Source: a candidate division WOR-3 bacterium
GTDB taxonomy: Bacteria; SDB-A
Assembly (NCBI GenBank): GCA_016934535.1
Contig: JAFGSQ010000010.1
Coordinates: forward strand, 60,564-80,563
Direction of reading: 5' to 3'
Length of the DNA: 20,000 bases
Under the pieces are notes generated by a model. That model saw only the letters and a program-made list of their open reading frames with translations. It ran no database searches and was not told the origin of the DNA. This document shows, piece by piece, positions 1 through 9,691 of the stretch. Both the position numbers and the translations under genes were made by a program. How positions within the stretch are numbered: the stretch's first letter is position 1; the number at the start of each line of letters is the position of its first letter.

Positions 1-1125
1 GCTTTCCTTAAGATTTTCTATTTCAAATATTTTCTCGGGGGTTGACCTGCCCTTAAAGAGCATTTCCTTGTAAGGCTTGAAACACGCGTCTTTATCGGTT
101 CTCGATTTAACTCTTTCTGACGCTAAAATTTCTCTCTCTCCGCAGGCGCTCATTATTCTCGCCGAAGTATTGACAACATTTCCGAGGCAAGTCCATTCGA
201 ATCGTTCGGATCCGCCCGTTCTTCCGGCATAAACAAGTCCGCTGTCAATACCCGCCCTCAGGTTGAATCCGAGGCTCTTGATCTTCAGTGAAAATTTAAC
301 GGCGAGGTCTTCGGGATTTTCCTTGGCATCGGGCGCTCCGAACAAAACCATAGCCACCGTCCCTTTGTCTCCGTAATCCACTTTGTTGAGGAAACCGCCG
401 TATTTAATTGCCGTTTCATAAATGTTCCTTATGACCTCGTCCTGTTTTGCCGTTTCAGTTTCGTCTATCTTTATGAAAACGGGGGTAGCGTGCCGGAGTT
501 CTCCTCTTTCACCGGCTTTCATTACTGACTCAGACACAAATTTTGCGACTATTTCGTCAGGAACGGACAATTTCACTTCTTCGTTCTGCGGCATGACTGT
601 TTTCAAGCTTCCTTTCCAGCCGATTTTTCCCGCCGTGACATTCTCTGCTTCCCTTACTGCCTCCGATATGGCATGGCCGGTGAAAAGATACGAGTTTAAA
701 GTCCCGTCTAATGCGATGACCCTCCAGTCTATACCTCCGGCTCCCACGCCGCATTTGCAGGTGAAATTGAGTTCACCAAGTTCCGTCTCCCGCCTGCCTT
801 CCCTTTCGAAAAAATAAGTCAATATAACGGCAGCGGAATATGCTTTTTTCCCGTCGTCCCCGGGGAAAATCGCTGTAAAGGCGTCTCCGGCAAACGTAGT
901 TATGTGGCCTCCGTATTTATGGACAGTTTTGACAGGCAAATCAAAAACCCACAGAATCTGTCTTGAGATTTCTTCGGCGCCAGCGTCTCCTTTTTTGAAG
1001 AACATCTCTGTCATTTTTGTAAAACCGCCAAGATCAGTGAAAAGAGCTGAGCCCTGCGTAACTCCAGAAAGCTCACCCCTGGAAAATTTATCTGAAAGAA
1101 AAAACGGCAAACAGCTGTTCATCAT
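1..1125 (-). CDS. Class III adenylate/guanylate cyclase with two tandem catalytic domains (soluble-AC-like); partial, runs off the window's left edge
   Basis: Not in the ORF track (no stop in window). Manual translation from ATG 1125: MMNSCLPFFL...SALFTDLGGFTKMTE...YGGHITTFAGDAFTAIF (domain 1 metal-binding Asp residues)...GELRHATPVFIKID...YGGFLNKVDYGDKG...LRAGIDSGLVYAG...EWTCLGNVVNTSARIM...FKGRSTPEKIFEI. The start overlaps the upstream stop (ATGA). Confidence 0.9.
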   Translation of the reverse strand, partial: MMNSCLPFFLSDKFSRGELSGVTQGSALFTDLGGFTKMTEMFFKKGDAGAEEISRQILWVFDLPVKTVHKYGGHITTFAGDAFTAIFPGDDGKKAYSAAVILTYFFEREGRRETELGELNFTCKCGVGAGGIDWRVIALDGTLNSYLFTGHAISEAVREAENVTAGKIGWKGSLKTVMPQNEEVKLSVPDEIVAKFVSESVMKAGERGELRHATPVFIKIDETETAKQDEVIRNIYETAIKYGGFLNKVDYGDKGTVAMVLFGAPDAKENPEDLAVKFSLKIKSLGFNLRAGIDSGLVYAGRTGGSERFEWTCLGNVVNTSARIMSACGEREILASERVKSRTDKDACFKPYKEMLFKGRSTPEKIFEIENLKES

Positions 1126-2882
1126 GTGGCCGCCTGCAATGAAATCAGTGTGTTTCGGATTTCTTCACCGCTTAAATTTTTAAAGCTGTCAGAGTTTTTG
1201 CACGCGTGCGCTATATACGACAAAGCGCCGAGGTGCATTTCCGGAGAAAGCGTCGGGGAAACGAGAAGGATAATTACATTTACTTTTTTCGCCTTTTTCC
1301 CCCACGATATTCCTTCTTCTGAAATTGCTATGACAATTTTCGGCTTTTTCATTATTCGCAGTCTGCAATGAGGAAGCACGACTCCATCCGAGAGGATTGT
1401 CTCCTGCAGATTTTCTCTGACATTCGAAGCGTCTATCACAGCCATTCGGTCGGGGAAAAATCCCTTTTTCTCGCCCTCTCGCGCCAGTGCGTCTATGGTC
1501 ATTTTCCTGTCATAAATTCCGTCGAGGCGGATGCAGGAGATGTCATCTTTACTGAAACGATGGCGTTTCGGCAAAACTCTCGGACTCTTTACCATATCTT
1601 CTTCACCGATTACCCATGTCTGCCATTTTTTTATGTATCTTTCAGTGACAAAAACCCCGAACACTGAAAATAATACAAGGGAGGGAATGACTATGTCCGC
1701 GACAGTCTGCCCTTTTTCACCGAGAATGCTGACGAGAAAAGCCGATTCCACCGCCGCGACGCCGTCCTGAGGAACCATGAGCGGAGGTACGCAATTTACT
1801 ATTTTCGGTTCATTTTTCATAAGTTTCAAAACGAATTTTACACTGACGTACTGAGAAACGCCTCTGCTTATTATGTAAATTAAAATCGGCGAAAGAATTG
1901 GCGTGCTGAACTTTGCAAAATCAATCTCCGCTCCGATAAGAGCGAAGAACAGCAGGTTGAAAGCGGGCATAATGTTCTCGATTTTCATAGAGTCAAAGGC
2001 CATCGATCCCGAAAAATTTGATATCAGCGCTCCTGCGACCAGAACCGCTATGAGAAAAGGCAGGTGGAGAAGTATTGATAATCCTGTAATGACGGTTACA
2101 ATCCCCGCTACAGTCAAAAACATCTCCATGGAAGGAGCCGGGTGCTCGGAAAGAAGCCTGACCATAAAAAAATCCATGCGCCTCTTTTTATCGCTATTTC
2201 CGATCCCGTGAATCAGGATCCAGAGAAATACGAACGCCCCTATGCCTATCAATACAGCCACACCGATGTCTTTGGTGGTTTGCGTAAAGGATAGTTCCCC
2301 GCCTGTCTGTGTTTTTATCTGAATTAAAACGGAAAAAATGAGTATTGCGAAAAGGTCGACTATGGCCATGATGTTTCCTATTATATTTCTTATGTCTCCT
2401 TCGATTTCATATCTGTTCATTATCGCAAAAATAATTGCCGGAGACTGAGCTATTGCTATAGACGCTATGAGAAGGGATATAAACAAATCTATTCCGGATT
2501 CTTCAAACATCTTCCCGTAAAAATAAAATGAGAAAAAAACCACAGTAAATGTCATTGCGACGTTGGCGATCGAAACCCAAAAAACTTTTTTCAGGATTTT
2601 TCTCATTCTTGTGAAATGAAGTTCTTCCCCTATGCCGAAAGCGATCAGCGAAAGGAAAGCAAATATAATAAATTGAAAAGAAACAAATTCTTTCGAATAT
2701 ACTTCGGCAACTTTGTCGGAAATGTTTCTCATAACGAGGATAGTGAGAGGACCTATAACGATTCCGCCCAGTATCTGTCCGATTATCTCGCTGATTCTCA
2801 TCCTTCTTGCCACTCTTCCGCCGAGGTTTCCCGCAAGAATCAGCAATCCGATTGTCAGTATGTGAAGACCGTAGCTATTCAT
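1122..2882 (-). CDS. Cation:proton antiporter (CPA2 / Na_H_Exchanger family) fused to a C-terminal PTS EIIA (Fru/Ntr-type) domain
   Basis: About 410 aa of multiple hydrophobic helices with GQILGGIVIGP, IGEEL and LLFFALIGAEID motifs; soluble C-terminus with RENLQETILSDGVVLPHCR (EIIA phospho-His motif), GISWG and HLGALSYIA. Confidence 0.85.
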   Translation of the reverse strand: MNSYGLHILTIGLLILAGNLGGRVARRMRISEIIGQILGGIVIGPLTILVMRNISDKVAEVYSKEFVSFQFIIFAFLSLIAFGIGEELHFTRMRKILKKVFWVSIANVAMTFTVVFFSFYFYGKMFEESGIDLFISLLIASIAIAQSPAIIFAIMNRYEIEGDIRNIIGNIMAIVDLFAILIFSVLIQIKTQTGGELSFTQTTKDIGVAVLIGIGAFVFLWILIHGIGNSDKKRRMDFFMVRLLSEHPAPSMEMFLTVAGIVTVITGLSILLHLPFLIAVLVAGALISNFSGSMAFDSMKIENIMPAFNLLFFALIGAEIDFAKFSTPILSPILIYIISRGVSQYVSVKFVLKLMKNEPKIVNCVPPLMVPQDGVAAVESAFLVSILGEKGQTVADIVIPSLVLFSVFGVFVTERYIKKWQTWVIGEEDMVKSPRVLPKRHRFSKDDISCIRLDGIYDRKMTIDALAREGEKKGFFPDRMAVIDASNVRENLQETILSDGVVLPHCRLRIMKKPKIVIAISEEGISWGKKAKKVNVIILLVSPTLSPEMHLGALSYIAHACKNSDSFKNLSGEEIRNTLISLQAAT

Positions 2883-3612
2883 TGTACAGTATGTACTCGA
2901 TGGAATCCGCTTTGTAATACAGTGTCTTGGCTCTGACCGTATCTCCTCCCTTTTCCAGAAGTCTTGCGTAAGCTCTCCAAAGCTCAGGATCTTCAGGTCT
3001 CTTTTCGGACAACAGCCTGAAAAGCCTTTCAGCTTTCACAAGATCTGCCTGCTCTTCGTTTACTGCGGCGAGAGAATATAGAAAACGGATGTTATCCGGT
3101 TCGATTTGCACCAAGCGTTCAAGAATGCCCTCGGCATCGGCAAGTTTTCTTCTCTGTTGTAATAAAAGAGCGAGTGAATACCGGGCGTAAACGTCTGAGG
3201 AATCCGAAAGGACAGCTTTTGAATAAAAATACTCCGCTTTTTCAAGGTCCCCGATCTTCCTGTAAATGTTTCCCATGGCCAGATTCCCATGAAAGTTCAG
3301 TGAGTCAGCGACAATAGATATTTCGGCCGCCTCGTGAGCTTTCTCTGTTTCTCCGCATGCAAACAGAGCCCTGGCGTACAATCCGTTCGCCGTTGGAGAT
3401 TCCGGGTTTATTTCAACCGCTTTTTTACTCTCAGAAAGAGCCTTTTTAAGAAGCTCCCGTACTTCATCGGTATCTTCATACTCTGTTTTCAGTCTGTTTA
3501 TCTGTTCCAGATGGAAGGCGGCTGAATCTATGAGTTCGTCGAAGTTCGCTCTTTTCGAACAGTTCAGCAATATGCCTGACAGTAAAAACCCGGCAAACAA
3601 TTTATATTTCAC
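2875..3612 (-). CDS. TPR-repeat protein, probable lipoprotein
   Basis: Likely GTG start at 3612 gives MKYKLFAGFLLSGILLNC (basic N-region, hydrophobic core, lipobox-like LLNC). Repeated TPR helices (KAVEINPESPTA, MGNIYRKIGDLEKAEYFYSKAV, LVQIEPDN). Confidence 0.8.
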   Translation of the reverse strand: MKYKLFAGFLLSGILLNCSKRANFDELIDSAAFHLEQINRLKTEYEDTDEVRELLKKALSESKKAVEINPESPTANGLYARALFACGETEKAHEAAEISIVADSLNFHGNLAMGNIYRKIGDLEKAEYFYSKAVLSDSSDVYARYSLALLLQQRRKLADAEGILERLVQIEPDNIRFLYSLAAVNEEQADLVKAERLFRLLSEKRPEDPELWRAYARLLEKGGDTVRAKTLYYKADSIEYILYNE

Positions 3613-4420
3613 CTGTTTCCCCCTTAAAAACTTCTTCGGCTTTGCCCGAAATGAAAACGACGCCGTCGTCATTTTGAGAGATCGTTATATTCCCTCCTCT
3701 CTGTTCCGCCACTGCTTCTTTTTCAATTCTATTAATTCTCCTGAGAACTGAAAAAGCAGCGGCGGCTCCGGTTCCGCAGGAAAGTGTTTCTCCCGCGCCC
3801 CTCTCGTATACTCTTTGAGAAAAACGGTTCCTGTCGACGATTTTTACCGCCGAAACATTGACGCCGCCTGGAAATACGCCTGATGAAGAGACACAGTCAA
3901 AAAGCGATTTCAAATCAGTTTGAAAAACATCTTCGACAAAAACCACCGCGTGAGGGTTGCCGATTGAAACGCAGAAAAACTCTCCCGTAGATCCGCAATT
4001 GAGCTTTGCGGGAAATGCGTTTCCTGGCTTTAAAGATTCAAAATCAGGCTTTCCGATTGAGGTTTTGATTAAAGCTTTGTTTTTTCCGTCGTAATCAAGT
4101 ATCTCACAAATTTTTTCTCCTGAATCCGTGTATACTCTGAAGTCGATTTTTCTCAAAACATTCATGTAAAAATACAAAACAGCAGACCTAAGTCCATTTC
4201 CGCACATTTCAGCAGGCGAGCCGTCACTGTTGAATATTTTCAATTTGAAATCGCATGTTTCATGGTTGCTAAGCAGTAAAAGGCCGTCGGCGCCTATTTT
4301 CATCCTTCTGTCGCAGAGTATTTTCGAGAGTTCTCCCGGGGGAATCCCCATAAGTTCTTTGTTGAAGAGGTCTATAATGATGTAATCATTCCCTGCGGCC
4401 TGATATTTATAAAAAACCAT
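3602..4420 (-). CDS. dapF: Diaminopimelate epimerase
   Basis: KYQAAGNDY, IGADGL, NSDGSPAEMCGNG, GNPHAV, ERGAGETLSCGTG (both catalytic Cys present). ATG 4420 has GAGGAG upstream; ATG 4438 is the alternative start. Confidence 0.96.
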   Translation of the reverse strand: MVFYKYQAAGNDYIIIDLFNKELMGIPPGELSKILCDRRMKIGADGLLLLSNHETCDFKLKIFNSDGSPAEMCGNGLRSAVLYFYMNVLRKIDFRVYTDSGEKICEILDYDGKNKALIKTSIGKPDFESLKPGNAFPAKLNCGSTGEFFCVSIGNPHAVVFVEDVFQTDLKSLFDCVSSSGVFPGGVNVSAVKIVDRNRFSQRVYERGAGETLSCGTGAAAAFSVLRRINRIEKEAVAEQRGGNITISQNDDGVVFISGKAEEVFKGETGEI

Positions 4421-4635
4421 TGACAGGCTCCTCTTCATTAATTTTAAAACCGGTAAAATCCGGTTTAATTTTGACTGTTTTCTTTATTCTGCACGAATTC
4501 CATAACAAATTCAAGTTCATAGTTTGAAAAAATAAAACTGTTTTTATGTTAGAAAGAATTGTTGACTATCAATAAAAAATAATACCTGCGTATTGAATCA
4601 TTTTTTGTTTTAATATAATATTAATCGGAGGGCCA

Positions 4636-6840
4636 TTGGGAAAAAAAACTGTTCTGATTGTTGAAGACGAAAACTTAATTTCTCTGAGAATAAAGCTTGT
4701 TCTGGAACAAAACTCATTTGAAGTTATTGACGTAGTAGATTCAGCTGAAAAAGCTTTAAAAGTTCTCGAAAATTCAAAACCGGACATTATCTTGCTCGAC
4801 ATTCTTCTGTCTGGCGAGATGGACGGAATTACTGCTTCTTCCATTATTAAAGAAAAACATGACATACCCGTCATTTTTCTCACGGCAATAAAAGACAGCG
4901 AGCAGCTCGAAAGGCTTGCAAAATGCGACCATTACGGCGTAATTTACAAGCCTATTGAAGACAACGAAATAACGGCGACCATAGAAAAAGTTTTATCTTG
5001 CGGAAAAAAAGGATCTTCCGGCAATTCTGAAGATCGAACCACCGAAAACCCGGAATTATTTATTGAAAATATACTGAATGAAAAATCATTAAATCTCATC
5101 AACTCTATAACTCTGTTCCTGGACAGCAACGGTTACCTGCTCAAGATCAACTCCAGAGCCGAAGAAGTTTTCAAAATTAAATCAGATGAAATCACCGGTA
5201 AGAAACTTGATTCCGTTTTTGACATAAAAAGCGTAAAAAGCTGGAAACAACCGGCCAAGATATTGAAAGATCTCCTCGACAACGGGGACATCGAAATGTT
5301 TTCGACTTTCGTTGAACTGAACTTTAATGACATTGTTTTAGGTGTTTCAAAAATGAGCTCTGCTGTAAAAGATCCCGGTGGAAAAATCTCATTTTTCATT
5401 ATCATACTCGAAGACAAACATTTCGAGGAAATCATGGACAATTTTTACAGAATTAGCTCTGAAAGAATCAAGGCTATAATTAACAACATCGGCGAAGGAA
5501 TAGGAGTTGTCAACGGCGATGAAGTTTTTGTCTTTTCAAATCCAACAGCGGACAGAATTTTCGGAGTTTATCCACAAAGCCTTATTGGAAAAAATTTGAA
5601 GAGTTTTCTTTCTCGCGACCACTATCAGCTCGTTCTTTCCGAAACCGAAAAAAGAAAATTACTAAAAAAAACCACATATTTTATCGAAATTTCCCGTCCG
5701 GACGGAGAAAAGAGAATTTTAAGCGTCACCGCTACACCCGAGACCGATAAAAACGGCACTTTCGTCAGTTCCATTGGTATTTTTACTGATATTACCGAGA
5801 AGATCAAACAGGAAAAAACCATGAAAGAAGAACAGGAAAAACTCAGGCATCTCATCAACGGCAGCAGAGATATACTCTACTCAACAGACATCGACGGGAA
5901 CATTGTTTTCATTGGACCTCAAACCAAAACTTACAATCTCGCTCCAGACGACGTAGTAGGTAGAAACATTCTCGAATTCATCCATCCCGACGACAGAGAA
6001 AGAGCTATGCGGGAATACGAACAAGTCATGAAAACGGGAAAATCATTTCCCTCGGAGGTCAGATTGTTGGACAGGGAAGGCGCTGTTCATTGGTTTGAGG
6101 ACTACGGAAACCCTGTTTTCGACGGTAAAGGAAATGTCAAGGGCCAGGTAGGCATGCTCAGGGACATAACCGAGAGAAAAAGAATTGAAAATGAATTGAC
6201 TAGCGCTGTTAAAGAAAAGGAAATTCTGCTTCACGAAATACATCACAGGGTCAGAAATAATCTCGAAGTCATATCGAGCCTTCTTCAACTTCAGGCTTCC
6301 ACAGTCGGTGACGAAAAACTCGCTGTTTTACTAAAGGAAACCCAGAGCAGGGTTTTAAGCATTGGACACGTTCACGGTCTTTTGTATCATTCCCAGAATT
6401 ACTCGACAATAGAGTTCTCTAATTTCATAGACATATTGACGGAGGAAAACTCCCTGACTTTCAGAAAAATGGTCAATCAGCTCGAAATAATCAAAGATTT
6501 GAAAAAGCTTTCAATAAGTATAGACAAAGCAATACCGGCGGGTTTGATAGTTAATGAAATAATGATGAACTGTATGCGTCATGCTTTCGTCGGAATGGAA
6601 AATGGAACTCTCTGGATTTCTCTCGGTTCCCGAACCGAGAACCTTGAAGAAGGGAAAACAGTTGATTTCGCTGAAGTAAAGATAAAGGACAACGGTTTGG
6701 GAATTCCGGAAGAAACTGACATCAACAGAGCAAAAACGCTCGGAATGACAATTATTAAACTTCTGACAAAACAGCTCAACGGTGAAATATCATTGAAAAA
6801 AGAAAACGGAACTGAAATCTGTCTGAAATTTCCTCTTTAA
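4636..6840 (+). CDS. Cytoplasmic hybrid sensor histidine kinase: REC + about 3 PAS + HisKA_2 + HATPase_c
   Basis: REC motifs VEDE / LLDI / FLTA / KP; PAS ends TDITEK and RDITERK, plus FIHPDDR; H-box HEIHHRVRNNL; N-box NEIMMNCMRHAF; G boxes DNGLGIP and TLGMTII. GGAGG precedes the TTG start; no transmembrane helix. Confidence 0.92.
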   Translation: MGKKTVLIVEDENLISLRIKLVLEQNSFEVIDVVDSAEKALKVLENSKPDIILLDILLSGEMDGITASSIIKEKHDIPVIFLTAIKDSEQLERLAKCDHYGVIYKPIEDNEITATIEKVLSCGKKGSSGNSEDRTTENPELFIENILNEKSLNLINSITLFLDSNGYLLKINSRAEEVFKIKSDEITGKKLDSVFDIKSVKSWKQPAKILKDLLDNGDIEMFSTFVELNFNDIVLGVSKMSSAVKDPGGKISFFIIILEDKHFEEIMDNFYRISSERIKAIINNIGEGIGVVNGDEVFVFSNPTADRIFGVYPQSLIGKNLKSFLSRDHYQLVLSETEKRKLLKKTTYFIEISRPDGEKRILSVTATPETDKNGTFVSSIGIFTDITEKIKQEKTMKEEQEKLRHLINGSRDILYSTDIDGNIVFIGPQTKTYNLAPDDVVGRNILEFIHPDDRERAMREYEQVMKTGKSFPSEVRLLDREGAVHWFEDYGNPVFDGKGNVKGQVGMLRDITERKRIENELTSAVKEKEILLHEIHHRVRNNLEVISSLLQLQASTVGDEKLAVLLKETQSRVLSIGHVHGLLYHSQNYSTIEFSNFIDILTEENSLTFRKMVNQLEIIKDLKKLSISIDKAIPAGLIVNEIMMNCMRHAFVGMENGTLWISLGSRTENLEEGKTVDFAEVKIKDNGLGIPEETDINRAKTLGMTIIKLLTKQLNGEISLKKENGTEICLKFPL

Positions 6841-6871
6841 TTCCGCAGTTTAAATTAACTTGCTGTTCAGG

Positions 6872-7375
6872 TTATCTTTTAATTCCGTGAATTCTGTCCG
6901 CTTCCTTTTGTATAATTTCACTGAATTTTTTTGATTCTTCCTGATTGTAAAGAGGGCTCTGGGGATCTGAAACTCTCGGTGTCCAATAGCTTTCCATTTC
7001 GAGCCATTTTGAGTGGCTGTAGCCGTGATTGTTCAAAACTGCCATGAAATCAATTTTTTTTTCGGGATCCTGCGGATCTTTTAAATAAGCCATTTCTGCA
7101 TGAATGACCGAGTAATCCTCGAGTGATCCCGGAGCGCCTCCCCCTCTTTTCTTTTCAAGTGCGGCCCGGTATAACGGCATAAATGCCATAGCAGTCTTGC
7201 CCATGTCTTTTGGATCGCTCATCGTGGCCGTGTATCCTTGTTTGGCTTTCTTCCAATCTTCGACAGAAACGCCTTTAGATTGGGCAATTTCCGCTTCTTT
7301 ATTCTCGTCTCCGGCTGTTTCAGACATTAATGCGCAAAGTTCAGCGTATTTTTCGAGAGAGATCAAATCACTCAA
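6872..7375 (-). CDS. Hypothetical alpha-helical protein with two internal repeats (DUF6620-like)
   Basis: AAAGGAGG before the TTG start; repeats ISLEKYAEL...KGVSVEDWKKAKQGYTATMSDP and GSLEDYSVI...HGYSHSKWLEMESYWTPRVSDP. The family label is from memory and tentative. Confidence 0.65.
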   Translation of the reverse strand: MSDLISLEKYAELCALMSETAGDENKEAEIAQSKGVSVEDWKKAKQGYTATMSDPKDMGKTAMAFMPLYRAALEKKRGGGAPGSLEDYSVIHAEMAYLKDPQDPEKKIDFMAVLNNHGYSHSKWLEMESYWTPRVSDPQSPLYNQEESKKFSEIIQKEADRIHGIKR

Positions 7376-7444
7376 ATTGCCTCCTTTATAGTTTATCCTA
7401 ATATAACAGAAACCGCCCCATCAGTCCATTTTCAGCGAAAAGGA

Positions 7445-9064
7445 TTAAGACATCATTTCAACATCCTTTTTCGCTTCGGTTATGCCTTTTAAAGCAAATT
7501 TCTCAGACAGAATATTTACCGTTTCACGCGAAACAAAAGCCGGCAGTGTCGGTCCCAAAATAATATTTTTAAATCCCAGATCAAGAAGAGCGAGAAGGAC
7601 GGCGACGGCTTTCTGTTCGTACCACGCAATGTCGAAAGCTATAGGCAGTTCGTTTACGTCTTTTAGTCCAAAAATTTCTTTAAGCTTGAGTGCAGTGAGT
7701 GCCAAAGAGTATGAATCGTTGCATTGACCTGCGTCCAAAACCCGGGGAATTCCGTTAATTTCACCAAGCCCCAGCTTGTTGTACCTGTACTTCGCGCATC
7801 CTGCAGTCAAAATAATGGCATCTTTTGGCAAAAGCTCGGCGACTTCCGTGTAATATTTCCTCGACGGATGCCTCCCGTCACAACCTGCCATGACCACGAA
7901 TTTCTTTACGGCGCCTGTTTTAACGGCTTCCGCTATTTTCTCTGCCAGCGCTTCCACCTGATTGTGGGCGAATCCGCCTGTTATCTTTCCTTTTTCTATT
8001 TCTTTTGGAGGAGAACATTTTTTGGCGAGCTCTATGATGGTTGAAAAATCTTTTTGTCCGCCTTCTTTTCTGTCTTCAATATGTTTGACACCCGGATAAC
8101 CGGCCATACCTGTTGTAAAAATTCTGTCTCTGTAAGAATCTTTTACCGGAATAATGCAGTTTGTAGTCATCAGGATCGGACCGTTGAATGTTTCGAACTC
8201 CTTGTCCTGTTTCCACCAGGACCCGCCGTAATTTCCTTTGAAGTGTGAATATTTTTTAAACGCCGGATAATAGTTGGCCGGAAGCATTTCTCCGTGTGTA
8301 TATACATCGACACCGGTCCCCTGGGTCTGTTTCAAAAGTTCGTCCATGTCCTTAAGGTCGTGTCCGGAAATGAGAATTCCGGGGTTGTCGCCTGCGCCAA
8401 TGTCCACAGCGGTCGCTTCCGGATGACCGTAGACAGAAGTGTTGGCCCTGTCGAGAAGAGCCATCGCCTTTACGGCTGTTTCGCCTGTCTTCATTACTAA
8501 TGTCAGTAATTCTTCCGCCGTGTGATTTTTCCTAAGCGAAGCGAGAGCTTCAAACATGAATTTAAAAATGTCATCGTCAAAATAATCTAAAACAGCAGCG
8601 TGTTCGGTATACGCGGCGATTCCCTTCAATCCGTAGAGTATGACGGATTTTAACGACCTTATGTTTTCGTCATCGCTCAGACTGAGAATTCCGACGCTCT
8701 TTGCTTTGTCATCAAATTCGTCATCCGAGTTTCCTTCCCATTGAGCGCAGTCAAATGTTTCGTCCAATTTTCCCGCTTTTTTTCCCAATTCATCTCTTGT
8801 TTTTATGGCCTGTCTTATCAAATCTCTAATTTTATCGTCGTCAAAATTTGCGTTCGTTATTGCCGAAAAAAGAGCCTTGCAGACAAAAACTCCCGCTTTT
8901 CTTTCAACGGGAACAATTTTTTCGGCGTAACAACCAATACCCTGAAGAACGAAAATCAAAAGATCCTGAAGATTTGAAGTTTTTTCCTGCTTCCCGCAAA
9001 TTCCTCTGGCGGTACAAGCCGTGTTTTTTGCCGTTTCCTGGCACTGGTAGCAGAACATTGACAT
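7445..9064 (-). CDS. hcp: Hybrid cluster protein (hydroxylamine / nitric oxide reductase, prismane)
   Basis: MFCYQCQET-x-C-x5-CGK cubane motif; hybrid-cluster motifs SGHDL, THGEM, TTNC, AGCDG, AGCAKY, GQCNDS, WYEQKA; TAAGGAGG SD. Confidence 0.97.
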   Translation of the reverse strand: MSMFCYQCQETAKNTACTARGICGKQEKTSNLQDLLIFVLQGIGCYAEKIVPVERKAGVFVCKALFSAITNANFDDDKIRDLIRQAIKTRDELGKKAGKLDETFDCAQWEGNSDDEFDDKAKSVGILSLSDDENIRSLKSVILYGLKGIAAYTEHAAVLDYFDDDIFKFMFEALASLRKNHTAEELLTLVMKTGETAVKAMALLDRANTSVYGHPEATAVDIGAGDNPGILISGHDLKDMDELLKQTQGTGVDVYTHGEMLPANYYPAFKKYSHFKGNYGGSWWKQDKEFETFNGPILMTTNCIIPVKDSYRDRIFTTGMAGYPGVKHIEDRKEGGQKDFSTIIELAKKCSPPKEIEKGKITGGFAHNQVEALAEKIAEAVKTGAVKKFVVMAGCDGRHPSRKYYTEVAELLPKDAIILTAGCAKYRYNKLGLGEINGIPRVLDAGQCNDSYSLALTALKLKEIFGLKDVNELPIAFDIAWYEQKAVAVLLALLDLGFKNIILGPTLPAFVSRETVNILSEKFALKGITEAKKDVEMMS

Positions 9065-9074
9065 AAAAACCTCC

Positions 9075-9229
9075 TTATATTATTTCGCCTTCCAATGACA
9101 CCGCATATTCTTTTATCAACATTGTTTTGCCCGCTTTTTTACCTGAAGTGCTCCCTCCGGGCAATTCGGTATGCATTGTCCGCAGCCGTCGCACAATTCT
9201 TCATCAATTTTAATTATTTTTCTCTTCAT
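9075..9229 (-). pseudogene. Truncated or frameshifted 4Fe-4S ferredoxin-like gene between rrf2 and hcp
   Basis: ATG 9229 (AGGGG upstream) encodes MKRKIIKIDEELCDGCGQCIPNCPEGALQVKKRAKQC* (stop at 9116) with one CxxCxxCxxxCP motif. The -1 frame continues [19 protein letters not shown] to a TAA (9075) that overlaps the hcp SD. Confidence 0.7.
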
Positions 9230-9641
9230 TCTTTTCCCCTGTTGAGTAAGCAGTCAAGTCAAATAGCGTCAAAGCGTCAAATTCTTTGACGACATTCTTT
9301 TCAATCTTCTTTATCTCACGCCTTATGGGACAGTGCGCCCTGTTTTCGCATATCTTTTTTCTGAAAAGACAATCTGTGAGTTCTATTTTACCCTGAAAGA
9401 CTTCAATGATTTTAGAAATATTGATTTTCGAAGGATTTTCTATAAGCCTGAAACCGCCCGATTTTCCTTCTTTTGTTTCAATCCACCCTGTCTTTACTAT
9501 CTCTTGTAAAATCTTTCTCAGGTACTGATAAGGGATTTTCTGTTTTTGTGCGATATGCCTTGATGAAACAAAATCTTTGGATTTTGCCAGCTCTAAAAGC
9601 GCCCTGACGGCGTAATCTGTGTTTTTTGTCAAAAGCTTCAT
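9210..9641 (-). CDS. Rrf2-family Fe-S transcriptional regulator
   Basis: TDYAVRALLELA, winged HTH IAQKQKIPYQYLRKILQ, GKSGGFRL, IIEVFQG, three Cys (C-x6-C-x5-C). Confidence 0.93.
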   Translation of the reverse strand: MKLLTKNTDYAVRALLELAKSKDFVSSRHIAQKQKIPYQYLRKILQEIVKTGWIETKEGKSGGFRLIENPSKINISKIIEVFQGKIELTDCLFRKKICENRAHCPIRREIKKIEKNVVKEFDALTLFDLTAYSTGEKNEEKNN

Positions 9642-9654
9642 TTATTTACCTTAT

Positions 9655-9691
9655 CTGATACTATATTAGTATCAGTAATAAACATTGTCAA
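9655..9691 (-). promoter_or_regulatory. Sigma70 promoter of rrf2-fdx-hcp with an overlapping palindromic operator
   Basis: Minus strand TTGACA (9691-9686) - 17 bp - TAATAT (9668-9663); perfect inverted repeat CTGATACTA-TAT-TAGTATCAG (9655-9675) covers the -10. Confidence 0.75.

Noticed and set aside
422-1183. Plus-strand ORFs 422..817 and 902..1183, and the other short antisense or overlapping track ORFs
   Set aside because: Shadows of well-supported genes on the opposite strand or another frame, with no motifs of their own.
3613-3672. Extended N-terminus of the TPR protein from ATG 3672
   Set aside because: It would overlap dapF by 71 nt and bury the signal peptide; GTG 3612 fits better.
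4447-4466. Inverted repeat AAACCGG-TAAAAT-CCGGTTT upstream of dapF
   Set aside because: Only 7 bp, in a divergent intergenic region with no terminator context; function cannot be supported.
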